Shown here in pieces: positions 59,244-64,000 of a stretch of DNA of 64,000 nt (positions are counted from its first letter, which is position 1; the number at the start of each line of letters is the position of its first letter). Origin of the DNA: Lingula anatina (taxonomy: Eukaryota; Animalia; Brachiopoda); contig CM120640.1 of assembly GCA_051362555.1 (NCBI GenBank), positions 68,364,788-68,428,787 of the forward strand, written 5' to 3'. A program made the translations under genes and the position numbers. The notes beneath the pieces are model-generated. The model did no database searches. It worked only from the letters and a program-made list of their open reading frames with translations, and was not told the DNA's origin.

Positions 59244-62200
59244 ATGGGCGGTGAAAAGTTTACTGCACAGCGTTTGGTGTTCCTGCTTGTTAGCGTTATA
59301 GTATTTTCAGCGGTCCAAGCCGGTAAGTTTAATCTAAATGTAAGTTAAAATACTTCTAAATGTAAATGTGTCATGTGCAGTATGAATTATGAACATTAAG
59401 ACAGTTTAAAAAGTTAATATTATACATGCTTTCTTGTGGCAAATCAGCTATATTATAAAAGCAATGCGTGTGCGCGCGAATAGTTCTTTTTTATGTAGAA
59501 CACTAAAAATAGCTACAAATAGTATTGTACCTGTACAGTGTACCTATAGCGATGTTTTTTTCATGGGCTTTGCACATGGCCCCACACATTCTGTATATAC
59601 TTTGGTTTTATTGGCATGGATTTTACCTCGAAGCATTCGTATAGAGGCACACACCTTAGGAAACACTTAGAAAAACAAATATAATAGAGACCGTTTCCTG
59701 TCCAATACCTTAAAACTCAAAAATAATGATTGTCAAGCATCGCTTTATAGTGCTGCAAATAATCATACTTATTACCTTTGATGACTGCAAAATTCTTTTT
59801 TCTTGGAAAACGGTGCTATCCAATACAGAATGATGACTTTGTCTTCGCATTATTAAATTTTAATTACAGAAGGCATGGTTCAAACGTCTGCATCTTAAAT
59901 AACGAGTGTTTCTGTAACTTCTTTTGAGCAATATAATAATGGAAAATAATATGACCTCCATTATTTGTTAGATTTTCCCTTTTTCAATAACTTTGGGCTG
60001 TGTTTGCAGATACACTTAAGCAATACTCACGTTTTTTGTTGGTTTAAGTACTGGCACAAAGTCTGGCTTGACGTATATACATTGTTTACCTACCCATTGA
60101 ATATGGGTTTTCTTTGCGTGTTATATAACGACACCTTTTGTTGTACCATGGCAGCATACTCTTACAAGGCCAATCCTAGGTCAGTTTTAAAGAATCATTT
60201 TTAAAAGAACGCTCCCATCACAAAGACTCGCAATAGAAACCGGCAGATACAGAAAAATACCTATTGCACAAAGAAATATCTGGATTGAAACGCTGCGGAT
60301 GATGGATTCCGTTTTATACATGGGTGCCGCAGAAATGCCGTTCTCGAAGAAAGTTCATCAAATGAATTCTTCCAATAAGAAAACACAATGTAACCTTGCA
60401 CAGTACATTGACCTAGCTGGAAGGCTTCAGCAGGGGCCCTTATCGTATCTGATTTCCATGTGACTAATCGGTTAAATAAAATGGCCTCTGGAATTTTTTT
60501 TTTTTTTACATTTTGTTTTCGGTTTACTAGGTTGTCATTTTCCACTTGCAAGCGGTGTCAAATAATTTTAACAATTTGCAAAAGATACATGTATATAAAC
60601 TTACGTACAGCAAAACAACTTATCCTAAAACAAATACATACATTTAGTAGAACTTTAAATCAAGTATATATGCAGGGCGCATGAGACTTATGGCGCAATA
60701 CTTGACATCTTGTGAGACAACCTGTACATGTGGAACCTGCGATGTTCTGCATGGGGTGGGGTTAACTCTTCTGCTATAAGGGTTAACCATTAAGTGCCTG
60801 TAATATAGTCCAGTAAACGAACGGTCTAAGTTGAAAAAATGTTAACAAAGGTTTCTCAACTGAATCCAGTCCAGTTACGGGCCAATATAACCCAGATAAC
60901 TTCCCACCGGAATCCACAGATGGTAAAGTGCCAAAATCCAAAATGGCCGCCAATGCATAGAGAAGGGTATTTAATTGGGCATATCATGGAAACTGGGTTA
61001 CTTAGAAACTTGTAAGAGGTATCATGTTCAAAGGCATGTCTACGTTAATTTCCATATAACATGACATTGTAAAATGAAAAGCAAAATAGAAACTTTGGAG
61101 AAAATATGCGCAAAAACCTACGCGGGAGTGAACCTTGACTTGTCAGTATACGACCTCTACACAAACCAGTCCGATATTCCAAAGTATCAGCGTATTGTCA
61201 CAACACGTTTCAAATTATCATCACATCAGTTGGCTATACCAACCTGAAGGTGGAGCAGAAAGGAAGGGAATGAAAGGCTGTGTCAGTGCAGTGAGATACA
61301 AACGGAGAGTCAAGCGATTAGTGAGAGCTAACTTACGCCAGAAATCCGTTTGGGCCACCCTGGAGTTGTAAAGACAACATTAAGCCAATTATTTTTGAAT
61401 ATTTCAGTAAATGCGTCTGAATTTGTGTAAACTGGTATGAGGATAAGTGAAGGAATGAGGCACTTCTGCATTTAAATTTTAATTATTTTACCTTTTTGGT
61501 TTAAATTTGAAATCATATATTTATATATGTGTGTTCTGCTTGCACCATATTGTATACAGTAATGATAAAATCCTACAACCTACATGTATTGTACATGTAT
61601 GCAATGTGATTCCAATATTGTTCAAGGTTTTATTTTCAGGGTCTTCTTCCGTCAGTTTTTAATGTCTTTCTCAATTCAGGTGCTTGTTTTATTACTCTTT
61701 TTATAACCTTTACCACGTATAATTAACCTCATGCTTATATTACAGATCGCCACGAGTGTGCTCGAGTTTGTCAGCGAAATGTCCACAAGACCTGCGAGTA
61801 CAATTTTACCGTCGAGTGGTATCTTACGCTATCCAAGGTGAAAAAAGGAAAAAAACTAAATTTTAGGATTTGGAAATTTAATGAAGACTCAAAGTTAAGA
61901 TATTTTTAAACATAAAGGGAATATGTTATGTGATCCGTTGTCAGCTTGAAGGGTTAATGAATCAAAAAAACGTTGTTTTTTTTTTAAATTTTGTCAATTT
62001 CAATCAACTAGAACGTCGACACTGCTGCACATGGGAAGCTGGTAGGCACCCCACTATATTCTTAATTTACGTTTGCGACAGTATGGCAAAAAAAAAACAT
62101 TTGAGGAAGTTCTAGAAATTATTTTGCCAGCTTACCAGCTGAGCGAATCATTCGAGCATAATTCGAGAGAGTTCCCTATGAAATAACTGTACCACTTAAA

Positions 62201-62993
62201 TTATAAAAAAATAGTTTTTAAAAAGAAAAACAGGAAAGATAAAGACAATAAGCATGAGCACCCCCTCTAGATATATTACTTACCATATATTACTTACCGT
62301 TACTTACATAAAACCCTTCTAAAATGCAAAACCCGCACGGAACGATACATTCTAGGCTTGCTATGAGTGTCCATTCAACCTGACAGACTGCCACCGCCCC
62401 CACTGTATAGCTGCTGATGGACATATGCGAGCAGTTGTTGCAGTCAATAGACAGATACCAGGGCCGATGATAGAGGTGAGCGTACGCACACTCGCACACA
62501 CACACACAAACACATGAGGCCTCTGTATCCCTGAAGATCTCTCGAAAGAAGTCATTCAATTTTGTGTGTGTTTAATTCAGCTCGATTTTGCGAGCCTGTC
62601 ATGCGGTGACAGTTGACATTAGTCTTGGAAGCTTTTGCGTGGTTTGTGACACATTGTCCACCCCTCATAAAGCTGGAAACCTAGCGTGCATACACCCGAA
62701 TTCCCACCGAAAATATTTTGGCCTTAGCCAATAATTTATTTGTTTATATGAATTACGAATTAATATTTATCAATACATTGGCTGAGGTGCCTTTATTGTA
62801 AATTAATCAAAAGATATGTGATTGTCATCCAGGTTTGTGAGGGTGATACCTTGGTGGTGAATGTAAAGAATGAACTTGAGGACGGTGAAAGTACAGTGAT
62901 ACATTGGCACGGCATCCACCAGATGGGGACACCGTACATGGACGGAGTCAGTATGATAACACAGTGTCCCATTCCACAGTTCACAACATTCAG
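59244..62993 (+). CDS. Laccase-like multicopper oxidase copy D, exons 1-4 (continues beyond window)
   Basis: Exons 59244-59322, 61746-61837, 62356-62475, 62833-62993 (HWHG); lengths and phases match copy A. Confidence 0.85.
61110..61240 (+). mobile_element. LINE (CR1/L2-like) ORF2 C-terminal fragment
   Basis: [31 protein letters not shown] resembles the RFRLSSHxLxIE motif of LINE ORF2 C-termini. Confidence 0.5.
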
Positions 62994-63639
62994 GTACGCT
63001 ACGGGAATGTTAGACACATTAAAATGTAATGTTGATAGCAGTTTGTCGTCAGATCTTTTTAAGAAGTATAATATATTTATATTCTTTACGTTATTTTTAA
63101 TTACAATCTATTGCAACAGTAAGTTAAACAGCCGCAATGAATTAACCATGGCCTTTAGGACTAAGGTATGTAGGGCTCTCTGAAATGTCTTGTAGCAAGA
63201 ATGAATTCCTGCTTGCAGTTACATGATTGTTTGTTACGTCTGGTGTGTTATAATTTGCAAGTACTTGCGCTATTGAGCAATTGTATATTTTAGTTTTTCA
63301 CACGCCTGTGTTTTACACTGTCAAAGCGCACAGGGTTACTACTAAACATGGAATATTATTTTTTTGAGAGTAAATTTTCTACAAAATATCTATTTTCTCT
63401 CTTACTTTTTTAAATCCAAAACTGAGGTGTCACTCCATGTGTAGCCAGGTGTGTTACCTTATTACCACACAACTCTCGAAACAATTGATGCTTGCAGTTG
63501 CATTATCTGTGGTCAGAAATGAGGGGTGGTCTTTTCGGCAATTTCTTCCCTTGTATAAAACGCATGAGTTTGGTCAATCTTTGGAGTGTATTTAGAGAAG
63601 CAACAAAGGGATCGCTCTGAAACTTGACAGGTACCTTAG

Positions 63640-64000
63640 AGAAGATATGGTTCCACAGCTAAGCAACGCAGCTTACTATGGGATTCTTGCTCTCAGAGAA
63701 AATGGCCAGAAACGGACAGCCATTGCCAGACAATTCAACATTTTTCAGGAACCGTTAGTAAAGTCCTACAAAGAAATGCTATCGACGTCTGCAATGGGCT
63801 GGGGACCACGTCCGTTTGCAGCCAAAACACTGGAATTACGTCGTTTTTAGTGATGAGGCTAGATATGGATTTTTTGGGGTTGACCTTCGAATCCGTGTCC
63901 GCTGACGTGTATGAGAGGCATAAAATGATGATTGTGTATTGCCTAGGGTGCAAGCAGGGGGTGGTAACGTCTCTATTTGGGGAGCATTTAGTGGCGGTGC
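63640..64000 (+). mobile_element. Decayed Tc1 transposase fragment in laccase-D intron 4
   Basis: RTAIARQFNI (HTH), VVFSDEARY, RVQAGGGNVSIWGAFS with frameshifts and stops. Confidence 0.8.

Overview
AT-rich, intron-rich, transposon-dense metazoan (probably marine invertebrate) genomic DNA; most ORF-track entries are spurious or single exons. The left part holds the 5' portion of a calcyphosin-2-like EF-hand gene (minus strand, running off the left edge), head-to-head with a complete 5-exon SNRPE (Sm-E) gene whose first intron is U12-type. From ~18.5 kb to the right edge is a tandem cluster of laccase-like three-domain multicopper oxidase (MCO) genes. It comprises two complete 13-exon copies (A, 686 aa; C, 685 aa by my manual splicing), an inverted frameshifted and truncated pseudogene (B), a copy running off the right edge (D) and an orphan duplicated signal-peptide exon. 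The MCOs are unusual in four ways. Both intact copies have Gln instead of Met/Leu/Phe at the T1-copper axial position. A, B and C share a U12-type intron whose donor itself reads Val-Ser-Phe. Differences between copies cluster around the T1/substrate loops. Intron flanks show a mosaic, gene-conversion-like pattern. Interspersed are a decayed Gypsy-like retroelement with an F-type (errantivirus-like) env, several Tc1 relics and many non-autonomous TIR elements, some nested. All calls are from reading the sequence by eye; no database searches were run.
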